Shown: in pieces, positions 12,201-22,914 of the stretch | Numbering within the stretch: the stretch's first letter is position 1 | How the letters are laid out: each line of letters opens with the position of its first letter | NCBI GenBank assembly: GCA_000091205.1 | Contig: AP006501.2 | DNA: 64,000 nucleotides | Source: Cyanidioschyzon merolae | Lineage: Eukaryota | Direction: 5' to 3' (one strand) | The notes under the pieces: model-generated | What the model was told of the DNA's origin: nothing | Database searches by the model: none | The model's input: the letters and a program-made list of their open reading frames with translations, nothing else | Translations under genes and position numbers: made by a program

Positions 12201-12728
12201 GCGCCATCGACGAAAAAAAGCAGTTTCAGAGATACAGTGTGTTCCGCTGTTGAACGTTGCAGCGACAAGCAGGATGCACAGTGCGGAGATAGCGCGGATG
12301 CCTCGTCGTCATCGTCGTCGTCGCCGTCGCCGTTACCTGCCCTATGCAGACAACAACAAGCACCGTACAACATCGAGACTCGCACACACCAGCGAGCGGT
12401 GTGTCTTCTGGTTTCACACACCCATACGCGCGCTGTGCTGCACGGTCATCGCCTTCGCGCCGTTCGCCAGGGACCCCAGACAAGCCGCGGTTGCTGCGGG
12501 AGCGCTCCCGTGTCCGCTGCAGTGGGTCAGCGTCCGCCAATCGTCCCGCAAGCATCCGCTTTTGGCGGTTTTTTCGATGCTCCCCTGCTGTCCGTTTAAG
12601 CAGGGGCCTCCAATGCATCATCCATTCCACCCAGTTACACTCTTTTCGTGAAAACGAGGTGTTCTTCATTATACCTGCATCCAGGGCACGTGCAACGGCC
12701 GCTCGACACCTTGTAGCTACGCAGATAC

Positions 12729-14876
12729 CTATGACACAAACTGACGGCGATCTTGTTCGTCACGCTTCCCATGCGGGTTGCTCGCCCGAAATCGTTGCCC
12801 TGAAGCAAGCCGTTTCCGAATGAGGTCTTTCAGGCGATCGCGATTCTTCCACTCATCTCCAAATCCGCCACCGCCTCCGCGTCGTCGAATTTTCTTCGCT
12901 CTCTCGAGGACGTCGAGACAGATGCGCGGCGGTGCACTGAAGCCGAAGCTTTTCGCCACCGCCGCAATGTCGAGCTCGTGCACATTGAATACATCTTTCA
13001 TGGAGTGACTCGCATACGCTTGGAGGTAGGAACGGAATCCGTCCCGCGCAGATTTCTGAAGATAGTAATTGCCTTCAACTAATTTTTCCAGCTGGGTCTG
13101 AATATCAGCAAGTTTCTCTTTGGGAAACTCGTACTCGTTCAGAGGCACTTTGGCATCGCGCAGATGCTGCAGAAACCCGACTTCCGATGGCAACAGAAAG
13201 AGAATCGCCCGTCCGCGACCATGAACGCCTCGAGCGGTGCGCCCCACCCGGTGGATGTACTCTTTCGGCTCGTCCGGTGGGTCGTACTGCACAATCCAGT
13301 CGACGGCGGGAATATCGAGACCACGCGCAGCTACGTCCGTGCATAAGAGTGTGGCGTGCTCACGCCGAGCGAACTCGAAGAACGTCGATGTTCGCTTGCT
13401 CTGTTTCTGTTTCCCGTGCAGATCCAGAACAGGGACGTCTATATAGTTCAAAAGCTCGGCATAGAATTTCACTCCGTTGCAGGAAGACATGAAGACGATG
13501 ATCTTCTTGCGCTGATTGCGCTTCAAGAACGTGAACAGCAAGCGGAAACGCTGCTCGCTGGGCACAATCGTGAAGCCCTGCTGCAGGCCCTCAACGGTGG
13601 CAACAGGCTGTTCTGCGTCGATACCCAGATGAAGCGGTTTCTGCTGAAAACTTACTTTGGCCAGATCCTCCACTTTGGTTGTTTGAGTTGCGGAAAAGAG
13701 CATTGTCTGCCGGGTCTTTGGCAGTATTCGCAGAATTTCATGCATCTCCTCTTCAAATCCGATTTCCAAGCAGCGATCCGCTTCATCAATCACGAGAAAG
13801 CGAAGGTGCTCAAAAACAAAGCCCCGTGTGGACTGTAGATGGTCCAGCAAACGCCCAGGCGTCGCAACGAGAATATTTGTACCGTTGATGAGCTTTTCAG
13901 CTTCGGTTCGGCGGTTTGCACCACCCATGACGATCGCTCGGGTCTGGTGATGATGTGAAGCAAGATCGTGAAGCACCCCAAAGATCTGCATCGCCAGCTC
14001 GCGGGTAGGCGCGATGATGATCGCACCAGTGCCATTACGCGGCATCCACTTGGCCTTGTACAGCAATTCAACAATGGGGATCAGAAATGCGAGCGTCTTA
14101 CCGGAACCTGTTCGCGCAGAAGCGAGAATATCTCGACCAGACAGCGCTAGCGGGATCGCTCGCGCCTGAATCTCTGTCATCCTTGCGAAACCCATTTCCT
14201 CAATGCCTCGTAGCGTCGGCTCGGATAGCGGCAGTGAATCGAAACGATGAGGTGTCAGAAGGCCTGAACTCGGTTTCGGTTGCTCCTGTTCCGAGGCGTG
14301 CTCCGACGATAAGCTCTGTAACGCAGGAGACGACTTCTGTGTCACCTCTGGGCAGGGTCTGGCCAGAGGCTCCATCTCGTGCACTGTTGCTCGCGAGGAT
14401 GCAACCTCTTCATCTGCGGGCGTTCTTGCTGCAGCGTTCTGAAGCTCGGTTTCCATCACCGGAGCTGGCGTCCGCAACTCTGCACGTTGTAACTCACATA
14501 TCGAAACCCCCGCGTCTTCATTCGGGTTCCCAGCAGCTGCGTTGGTTGACGCGGAGGCCGACTTCACCGACTCGGAGCAGCGTTCGCGCTTGGCGTGCAA
14601 CTGATCGGTGAAAGTCGCAGCCTGCGTGCGCGTTCTGGATGAACCGTAAGCGCCAGCGTTCCTCGCGACGACTTGTGCCGCACCAGAAGCAGGCCTGCTC
14701 GCGGTGCTCGTCAAGCGCTCCGTCGCGCTAACAGAAGATACGTCAGCGTCGCGAGCGAGCAAGTCGCTGTGACAAGCACGAGGGCGCTCTCGCGCCGATC
14801 GCTTCCGGCTCGCGACTACGTCCGCCTGCTGCTTCCGTTTGCTGTTCTCGCTTGCGTGCCGGATCCGACTTTTCAT
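12729..14876 (-). CDS. DEAD-box ATP-dependent RNA helicase, Has1/DDX18-like (715 aa from first ATG)
   Basis: The ORF 12729-14960 starts at GTG, and the first ATG is at 14874-14876. Motifs present are the Q motif region ([26 protein letters not shown]), motif I ([14 protein letters not shown]), DEAD (VIDEADR), SAT, and HRVGRTARG. There is a long low-complexity N-terminus and a Lys/Arg-rich C-terminus. Confidence 0.88.
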   Translation of the reverse strand: MKSRIRHASENSKRKQQADVVASRKRSARERPRACHSDLLARDADVSSVSATERLTSTASRPASGAAQVVARNAGAYGSSRTRTQAATFTDQLHAKRERCSESVKSASASTNAAAGNPNEDAGVSICELQRAELRTPAPVMETELQNAAARTPADEEVASSRATVHEMEPLARPCPEVTQKSSPALQSLSSEHASEQEQPKPSSGLLTPHRFDSLPLSEPTLRGIEEMGFARMTEIQARAIPLALSGRDILASARTGSGKTLAFLIPIVELLYKAKWMPRNGTGAIIIAPTRELAMQIFGVLHDLASHHHQTRAIVMGGANRRTEAEKLINGTNILVATPGRLLDHLQSTRGFVFEHLRFLVIDEADRCLEIGFEEEMHEILRILPKTRQTMLFSATQTTKVEDLAKVSFQQKPLHLGIDAEQPVATVEGLQQGFTIVPSEQRFRLLFTFLKRNQRKKIIVFMSSCNGVKFYAELLNYIDVPVLDLHGKQKQSKRTSTFFEFARREHATLLCTDVAARGLDIPAVDWIVQYDPPDEPKEYIHRVGRTARGVHGRGRAILFLLPSEVGFLQHLRDAKVPLNEYEFPKEKLADIQTQLEKLVEGNYYLQKSARDGFRSYLQAYASHSMKDVFNVHELDIAAVAKSFGFSAPPRICLDVLERAKKIRRRGGGGGFGDEWKNRDRLKDLIRKRLASGQRFRASNPHGKRDEQDRRQFVS

Positions 14877-15240
14877 ACCTATAGAGGAGCGATCCTCCGG
14901 TTCGCTGCTGAGTTCTGTCGATAGATCCACAAAAGAGGTTGACTCCGAAGGCGCACACACTCCACACTACACCGCAAGCTCGCTACGAAACGTGCAGTAC
15001 CGTTGCCTTGGACAACAATGCTCGTATGCAACGAACAAAAGAACACCTGGATACCCACGACGCTGCTCGATCTCGTGAAATGAAACACGCCTTGTTGGCA
15101 CTTCGTGAACGTGTACCCCAGGAACTAGGCCTATCGCTCGACTTGTTGTACCAGGTGTGTAGACGCACTGCGCCAGCAGCAGCGGCAGCAGCAGTCGGCG
15201 CTCCTGGCAGATGATGCAGCGCGTCCGATCGTGGCATAAC

Positions 15241-15272
<32 letters not shown>
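15241..15272. repeat. (CAG/GCA)10 microsatellite in the divergent promoter between the helicase and uL22 genes
   Basis: gcagcagcagcagcagcagcagcagcagcagc read directly. It is flanked by further imperfect CAG units at 15170-15200. Confidence 0.9.
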
Positions 15273-15273
<1 letters not shown>

Positions 15274-15395
15274 GTACAGGTCGTACTCGTGTTTGTACTA
15301 GTCGTGTGTTACCAGGGTAGGCCACACCCAAGACGCTGTGGGGTAGGTACACTTGCACTGCAGTTCGAGGTATGGTAAACAGGAGCTAGGTCACA

Positions 15396-16142
15396 ATGCT
15401 GGCGTGCTTTCGCTGTCTGGTATGGTTTCGAGTTTGTTCTGCGTCTGGCGTACTGCGGCGAACGCTGCGTCAGCGCTTTTGCGCAACAACGTCCGGTACG
15501 ATCGGCAGTAGTAGTAGTGCTGGTCAAGTGACAACGGAGCCAGCTGCGTCCACCAATGTCCAACGCTCTGGGTCTAGTCAAATCGAGGGAACGCAGCAGA
15601 CAGCTCCGCGAACTGCATCTGCAGTTGCGCGTCAAGTGAAGATATCCCATCGCAAACTGAACGTCGTCTGCAGCTTGGTCCGTCGACTCTCGGTATCCGA
15701 GGCGGAGCGACAGTTGGCGGTTTGTAGGAAGAAGGGTGCGCGAATCCTCCTCAAGCTGCTGCACCAGGCAATGGCGAACGCGCGGAACAACCACCAGATG
15801 GACCTGGCTCGCACGTTTGTCCGTGAGAGCTTCGTCGGCAAAGGGCAGTGTTTTAAGATTCTGCGGCCGTGGCACGGGAAAGGCCGATTTGCGTTTCACG
15901 AGAAAAAATACAGCCACGCGACCATCATTCTGGAGGAAGCTAATGCAGCGCAGGACTCTAGTCGATCAAGAGATACCCGGGATACAGGACGGGGATTCAG
16001 TTGGAGCGCTCACCGGAAGGCCGTCAAAGGAGAGCGTCCTCTGCCGCCGCTGCCTGCCGTATGGAATCTGACTGTAGATCCGTCAGGAATCTACCGAAAC
16101 ACGCATCGCGAGCCCGATGATACGAATCAATCCCGTGGATAG
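15396..16142 (+). CDS. organellar ribosomal protein uL22 (L22 family), 248 aa
   Basis: ATG verified at 15396. It contains a uL22 core (ISHRKLNVVCSLVRRLSVSEAERQLAVCRKKGARILLKLLHQAMANARNNH...FKILRPWHGKGRFAFHEKKYSHATIIL). An N-terminal ~80-aa extension resembles a targeting peptide. Confidence 0.65.
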   Translation: MLACFRCLVWFRVCSASGVLRRTLRQRFCATTSGTIGSSSSAGQVTTEPAASTNVQRSGSSQIEGTQQTAPRTASAVARQVKISHRKLNVVCSLVRRLSVSEAERQLAVCRKKGARILLKLLHQAMANARNNHQMDLARTFVRESFVGKGQCFKILRPWHGKGRFAFHEKKYSHATIILEEANAAQDSSRSRDTRDTGRGFSWSAHRKAVKGERPLPPLPAVWNLTVDPSGIYRNTHREPDDTNQSRG

Positions 16143-18252
16143 CGTCCGAGCTAGGCACAACTTGACGCGCACGGTACGGAACAGTGATTGCGTTCCAGGC
16201 TGCAATCAGATGAGGCTGCTCGTTTAGCCACACCTGGCGAAGAATTGGGTTGAGGTTGCTCTGCGGGATCTTTTAACGCTACTTTCAATCCGTGGGCTTC
16301 CTGTATCACGAAACATTACCGACCATCCGCGAAGCGCTGGTCGGCATCGTGTGTGCGAACGATGCGCGACACGCGTATGAGACGAAAATGGAACACTGAA
16401 TAGCTCGCTCTGTTCCTGCCTTTCAATTTTTTGGCTTTCTTAGATGTGCAGCAATAGGTGCTTATGGATGCATATCTAGTTTAAGGATGCTCGCTGCTCT
16501 ATTCGTAGTGGCGCCGTCCACTCGGTGGCGCTGGAATTCGTTACGTCACCGGAATCAAGATGATTCGCAACGCCTTTGAATGAGGGTTCGTAAAAGTACC
16601 GATATCTTTATACAATGCATACATATGAGACTCCGATACTCAACTTAACTCTCGAGTAGTGTGCTCAGATCGCGCATTCTGCGAGTTTTCGATCTATCTG
16701 TTTCAAGCAACTCGCGGGCGGGGGATTTCGTGCTGCTAGACGGAAGGGGAAATGTGCTCGAGGTTGTCCCTAGACAACATGTTGAAAAACTCCTTCTTAA
16801 GGTTCACTGAACTTGTCACATCAGAAAATCGATTTCATTCGAAAGAGAAAATGTCCTCCGGTCATAGGCCATGAGCGAGACGGCGTTCCATAGCAGCACT
16901 ACGTATATAACAGAATACGCTCGGAGAAGCCCACGGGTCTTCTGTTCTGTACGATAGGGGATGGTGGACTCGGACTTTAGCCACCACAACGATCGCTTGG
17001 AATGGAATGTGCGAAACTGCTATGCACGAGGGCGGCCTAGACGCATCCAAATTAGTCGTCTTGTTCTCTAGCCTGGATATTCCACCGGGTGCTTGTTTCA
17101 TCGAGAACAGCATCACTTGCTACAAATCCCTTATCAAATGGAACAGATTGCGCTTCATCATAGGGTACTAGACTGAATGCGGAAACCAAGCAGAGCATTC
17201 GCGGGTGCCTGCGGTGGTCTTCAAAGGCATCTGGCGAGCAATGAGGGACACGTTTCCGCGGCACGTTCGAGTTCTCGGAGGAGGACGAGGAGGAGGAGGA
17301 CGATGAGGAGGGCATGCGACGAAAACGCGGGAATATATGACAACACCCAGGTGTCATAGCTCTGAAGCGCGTCCCCGAGTTGTCCACAAAGGAGTTTGTA
17401 GATCGCAGCTTCCGCCTATGCATGACATGCGTTGACAACAGCCGGAAGCGACTTTATCGAGAATTTCACACTGTCATCAGCATCTTGCGACGGATGACTA
17501 CAGAGCTGGGGGTAAACGAGCGAGGGTCGTACTGAAAACCGGAAATGAGCGTGAGGAGATGAAGCCAGTGCGGGGAAAAAATCGCAAATGCTGATGCTGG
17601 TATCAGTGAGAAGAGACCCAGACTTTTACATACGCGCCCGTTTCAACAAAGCGGACCTTTTCATCTCTATACTGACACAGGTTTAGATCCGCGCATATGA
17701 GGCCGCGGAGCAGGTTGCTGACTTTGTTGCTGACTCGTCCACGCTACGGCTTGTGGAGGCAGCATAAACGATCCGCTCTGCGAAACGATCCGCGACGCCA
17801 CCTGTGCGTCTCAGGCACCAAGTAGCAGGTTCACAACACGGTGCCGAGCCCGTGGGGCATCTGCGGCTTGCCACTCGGCCAATGTATGACGCCAACTGTA
17901 CGTTCAACGAGTGATGCCAAACGTATCCGACATCGGATGTCTGCGCACCGGTAGTTCTCTTTGATAGGGCAGCGCAACACGGGTCGCACCAGCGAGCGGA
18001 CGTTCATCCGGTGTACATATGCAAGTGCGCGAATGTGGAGGTTGCAGTTAGAGGCACGTTCATTTCACAAGCCACGGAGCTATGCGCACAGATGGTGTAA
18101 TTCTCCTGGTACAAAAGATACGGACCGGAACTGTCCGTAACATATCCTTCAGATGCATGCAATTACACGACAAACGAAGCGCCGTCATCCGTCGTGATTC
18201 ATCTTCATTCATGCACAAGGTCTTCGCGCTCTTTTCGCGCTTTCGTAGGCGC

Positions 18253-19362
18253 TCACGCGGTAGGTTCACCATTTGGCCCCGGGCCCTGAGTTCCCCCGTC
18301 TGACCAAGGACGAATTGCTTCCTGAGTGTTGTCTTCGTTGGTTCCTGGCTCATTCGCTTCTTCCTCTTGCCACAAGTATACGGATCCTTCCAGCGCAGGC
18401 ACCGTTTGCAGAGCCATCTGTGCACGAAGGTACGCCATGAACCATTCAACACCGCTGCGGAGACGCTCCAGATGAAGAGCCGGCTGGCGCCCGCGTAGAG
18501 GCTGGAGCGTCCCTAGTCCCAGGATCGACTCGACGAGCGGGCGCAAGCGCAGGCGCGTGTGTTGGATGTTATCCAACGCGTGCTGCTCAACCCACCCGTC
18601 CAAGTTTAAATAGTACATCGAATATCCCTCAAGCTGGCGGATTCTCGTTTCCTCCTCCCAGGAGGTGCTCTCCTGCCACCCGGGGGCGTCCTGCTCGGGT
18701 CGGAGCCGGAAAGCGCCCAAACCCAGAAGAGGGACCCAGCGCCGTAAACGCCCACGCATGATCCATCGAATGTAAACGGTTCCCTCGCGCTCGTCATGGA
18801 AGAGTGATGTAATTTCAATGGAGCGCTCCGAAAATAGAAGCTTCCCGTGTAAACGAAGCACCCAGAAAACGGCTTTGTATGCACCGAGTCCTTGCAGGAC
18901 GTTTCCTGAAGTGCGGTCCACCAGCGTGATTGTCGGCGAGTATACTTCAAAGTTTGGATCTCGTTCAAAAAGGTGGGGATAGTCCGAACGTAAGGTCTCT
19001 ATTACAGTGCCAGCGTTCGCTGCGTAGTCTGGGGAGCGCTTGTTCCGCTGGTCCCTCTGGGTGTCACGATCCTCTGACAGCCCCGGAAACGGGAACCACT
19101 TGCTGCACACAAGACTCCGTGTCCCCTTCGGTTGCCGCTTTCCATTTACCGAAAAACGGGGTCTGTTTGTCGGTCGCTGACGGCTGCCTTGGTCGTTCAC
19201 CGAGTGTCCCAGCCAGTCGGAGACGCCCGCGCAGGTGACGTCGCGACGCACCCATCGAACGCTCGGCGACAGAGAAGTTTTTCCTGTGGCTGCTCCTCGT
19301 TCCAGGCCCCACCACGCAGGATATGCGCAAAAATTCAGACCTCTGTAGTCCAAAGGATTCAT
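18253..19362 (-). CDS. DUF2358-like protein (plant/cyanobacterial-type conserved domain), 369 aa
   Basis: First ATG at 19360-19362; the listed ORF started at GTG. The central region matches the DUF2358 pattern as I recall it: LRSDYPHLFERDPNFEVYSPTITLVD...GLGAYKAVFWVLRLHGKLLF...IRWIMRGRLR...YYLNLDGWVEQHALDNI. Confidence 0.4.
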   Translation of the reverse strand: MNPLDYRGLNFCAYPAWWGLERGAATGKTSLSPSVRWVRRDVTCAGVSDWLGHSVNDQGSRQRPTNRPRFSVNGKRQPKGTRSLVCSKWFPFPGLSEDRDTQRDQRNKRSPDYAANAGTVIETLRSDYPHLFERDPNFEVYSPTITLVDRTSGNVLQGLGAYKAVFWVLRLHGKLLFSERSIEITSLFHDEREGTVYIRWIMRGRLRRWVPLLGLGAFRLRPEQDAPGWQESTSWEEETRIRQLEGYSMYYLNLDGWVEQHALDNIQHTRLRLRPLVESILGLGTLQPLRGRQPALHLERLRSGVEWFMAYLRAQMALQTVPALEGSVYLWQEEEANEPGTNEDNTQEAIRPWSDGGTQGPGPNGEPTA

Positions 19363-20399
19363 ATTGGTGTTCGAAACGAGCACACAGCGCAGTCACTCTT
19401 TTCCGGGTGGCACTCGTGCGCAATCCCAACAGTAGTCTAATTGCGCGAGTGCTCTCCTGCTGCGAAACACGTAGAGGTTCACAAAGAGCGTGCAGGAATC
19501 AGGTGAATCTGGCAGCAAAGTGTCAAATTATTCCATGGTTATACATTAAAGTCCAGAACGTTTTGCGGCATGGTGTAGAGGCGGCGCAGTGGCATCTATC
19601 TGCGTAACGGCACCTAATTGAATATCTAGGGCTCAAACTATATTAAATGGACAGTATGGGTACACATGTGGCGAGACGCTCGTAGACGGCATCCGAGCAA
19701 TGGAACGAGCTCAGGACGCTGACTCCTCGCTAGACACGAAAAATTTAGGTCGCTTTCCCCTGTGATCAATACCAGCCTATGCTGGTCTTTTCTGCGGCTG
19801 CATCCTTTGCTACGCTCTTACATCCGGTTTTCAATACCCTGGGTGGTACGTTCCCTTCAGACAGTTGTGAGCAGATGAAGGATGATCACGGCAGTGTCGT
19901 AGTCCCGAAATCGCTGCTCTTCGCTGTTGTCGTCGAATGTCATGTACACGTGCAAGTTGCGATCTGCACTGTGCTTGCCATATTCGTCTCCTTTGGACAC
20001 AGCCTCGGTGCGCTGTTCGATGCGGTGACACGCGATTTTGGCCAAATGGTCTAATACGTTCGCAACGCAAACGTCCTCCTTTGAATGCCACTCTGTTTCA
20101 CGTGCACGCTTGCTGCATCGCTTGGTACATGCCTCTGGTGGATACAGGAGGCCGCTCTCGAAACCGTTCTCGGTTTCCACGCCCGGCGCCGCACGCTACC
20201 GTCACGAGCTTCTTCTGCGCAATCCAATCGAAGGGTACGCTGGCTGCCGCACACCCAAGCGCACGCTGTCCCGTTCGATAACGCACGATCCGCTTGCCTC
20301 AACGGCCCTGATGACGCTCTAGATAGCGCTAAACCATTGAGAACAGACTGGATTTTGTAGGATTATCTGTATTCTTTTGTCTGCGGTTTTCCTAATAGA

Positions 20400-20880
20400 T
20401 GAAAATCAATGGAACGTCCACTGTCCGTGATGAAACATGCACCAGTGCGATCATCCAGGATGGAGAGCAAGTCGACACACTTCGATTCGTCTACGCTCCA
20501 TTCTTGGAAAGCAGTGACGTACTCTCCACTGGAAGCGATTGATGCGAAGGCTGATATCCGAGTCCAAGACGCTTTCCGCTGCAAACAGGCAGCACGAGCG
20601 CCTTAGAGACCGAATCCCACGAAAGGCGGCATCCTGTTTTGGATTGCTATTTTGGCGATGGACACAGCGAAAGGTTTTTTTATGTTTCAGTCGGAATCGA
20701 TGATTTGACGTGACCGATTCAGTGAACTTTCCGCGTGCGCTGTTGCACAAGTCTTCGAGAGACAAAGCAGCGTTTCTTGTTTTGTCGTCAGTCCAGCGAT
20801 GCGAAATGCTGCGCCCGCGAATTTCCATGAAACAGAAAGATCGATAACTTGAAGAATGCGTGCAGTGAGCATGCTACTCG
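20400..20880 (+). repeat. dispersed repeat family 2, copy 1 (~500 bp, non-coding)
   Basis: Shares ordered blocks with 34460-34990 and 45580-46095: gatgaaacatg, gtgacgtactctccactggaagcgattg, ttgacgtgaccgattcagtgaac, and gcgatgcgaaatgctgcgcccgcga...aacagaaagatcgataacttgaagaatgcgtg. Confidence 0.55.
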
Positions 20881-22914
20881 TAAAAAGAGGAGAAGCGTGG
20901 AGGCTTCTACGAACACATTTGATAATGCTATCGATTATTTTATGAATAGTCTCTCGGGGCCGCGCAGTTCCGCTGGAGGTGAGAGAAGACAACTCATATT
21001 TCTCTACCTGTTCTACAGTGCAAATCTCCAAACGATGCCAATTTCATCACAGACAATATAGCGTTCCACAACTCCTATATGGAAAGGGATTGCGTGTGCA
21101 TGCGCGGGCACCGGACGGAAGAACTGCCGCAGGAATCGCCTAGAAGAAGCCTGTGAACGTCGGGTCCGGCCCCGGGTGCGGCAATGGTGCAGGGCATCAA
21201 GAGTAGGATCCTATATCTGTCTAGGGCATATGTAGACGAACGAAGAGAGTGTACACATGCAACAGGCCAGTCTAAGTCGGAGGATAAGGTGTCATGGAAG
21301 CATGGGAATACCCGATTAGAGCCAATTGTCACCGCTATGAAGGGCGCACCCAGGCTGTATACAAAGAAGATGAAAATGGTAAGCAAAGCGTAGCTCGTAA
21401 CTTTTCTATCTTCATGAAATGCTTGCTAAGCAGCCGGACGCAGCGATCCCGGACTTGAACACAAGGCAATCAACGTGCTTCAACTGCTGGCATGGGCACT
21501 GGAGGGACTGAAGAAATCACCACGTTTGAAGCAGGATACAACGGCCAGGGAAAAGCAGTCGCATAGGCAGGCGTTGATGCCAGTGTGAGGGGATACAAGC
21601 TTTGGCGTACGGGCATCAGCCTGGAGACCCGCCCCATTCTATGCCACCACTGGTGCCGACAGCACATGCGTCACTGCGAAGCGCCCGATCATTTCCCTGT
21701 GAAGCAAATCGAAAGCATCTAACCAAGTAGACATGTTCCCGAAAGCATCAGAAGATCATATGTTGGATTCGCGAGTTCCATCGTCTGTGCATAGACGAAT
21801 GCAGCGACAGCGACATCGCCCAAAAGCCTCCTATCCAACGCTACCGGATATGAGGACTCGTACCATGCGCGGCAACAGCAGCACTGTCCTACAAACGGTT
21901 TCCCATGGTATGAACCAAATCCAACGAGACCCCTCCTGCACGTGTCCGTGAGAACAAGCTTGTCTCGCCAGGGAACCGTGGTCCGTACGAGGCATTCCTT
22001 GACAGAGGTCTGGGACGATTGCGTGCGTGCTGGTCCAAGTGCTGCCGACACCGCCGCTTTTCTGTGTCCATATTTGACATGGTTCGGGCGAGTGGGTCAC
22101 GGGTTGGAGTCGGCTGCGCTCCTCACAAAACGGCCTCAGACCACGTACTGGTTACACCGTGTGCAGACGTTCAGCTCCCGATGAACGCTGCAGGCAGGCC
22201 ACCAGCAGCGCTTTCTGGGGTGTGTAGCCCTGCTCGAGCGAAAACACGTCACCTCCCGGGAAGGCCGCTAATCTTTCGCGCAAGCACTCCGTACCTCAGC
22301 GCACTACCAGGGGTCTTTTTTTGACGTCAAGTATACCGCCCAGTCCAGCGCCTTCAACCCGACGGCGAGCGTACCCTGGCGATATTGCGAAAGCCTCGTC
22401 CTACCGTTGCACTCGAGACCTGGAGCGGTTGAGTTGCGTCCCAGCCAAAGTTCTCTCCGTACGACGTCTCAGCACGATGCTGCCACTGAAAGCAGCAGTC
22501 AATCAAACAGCAAGTCCAGGTCCGATGCGACACCTGTGCTATCCGCAACAGCAACGTACTCGGCACATCCCAACAATGTCGACACGTACTCTGAGCACTA
22601 GCACGCTCAACTTTACCATATACAATAGATCTCGCTCGTACACAAGTCCTAGTGATGCGTCCCAGAGTGAAACGCCCTTCACACGAGCGTCAGCAGCAAC
22701 GCGGACTCGCCTTCTGCGGTGCCTGCGCTCGGCGGCGAAGGGGTACCCTCAACTCAACGCCTGGTGGCATCTTCCGTTTCCATACGCATTCAAAGCGAGT
22801 GTTCTTGTCTACAAGCGTACTCGCTTGGACGTTGTTCTTTTGCTTTGGAAGCTGCGTCTCTACAAAGCACTTTGTGAGCACCAGGGGCGCAAGATCTGCA
22901 CTCGGTACCGACTC

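Noticed and set aside
19857-20180. 107-aa minus ORF that looked like a small standalone gene
   Set aside because: Its start in the track is GTG. The only in-frame ATG is near the C-terminus, so it lacks a usable ATG and has no homology.
22321-22914. Treating the whole TTG-initiated 1176-aa ORF as the CstF77 protein
   Set aside because: The track uses non-ATG starts. The upstream 198 codons are not protein-like and the first plausible ATG is at 22915. I kept this as a caveat rather than a feature.
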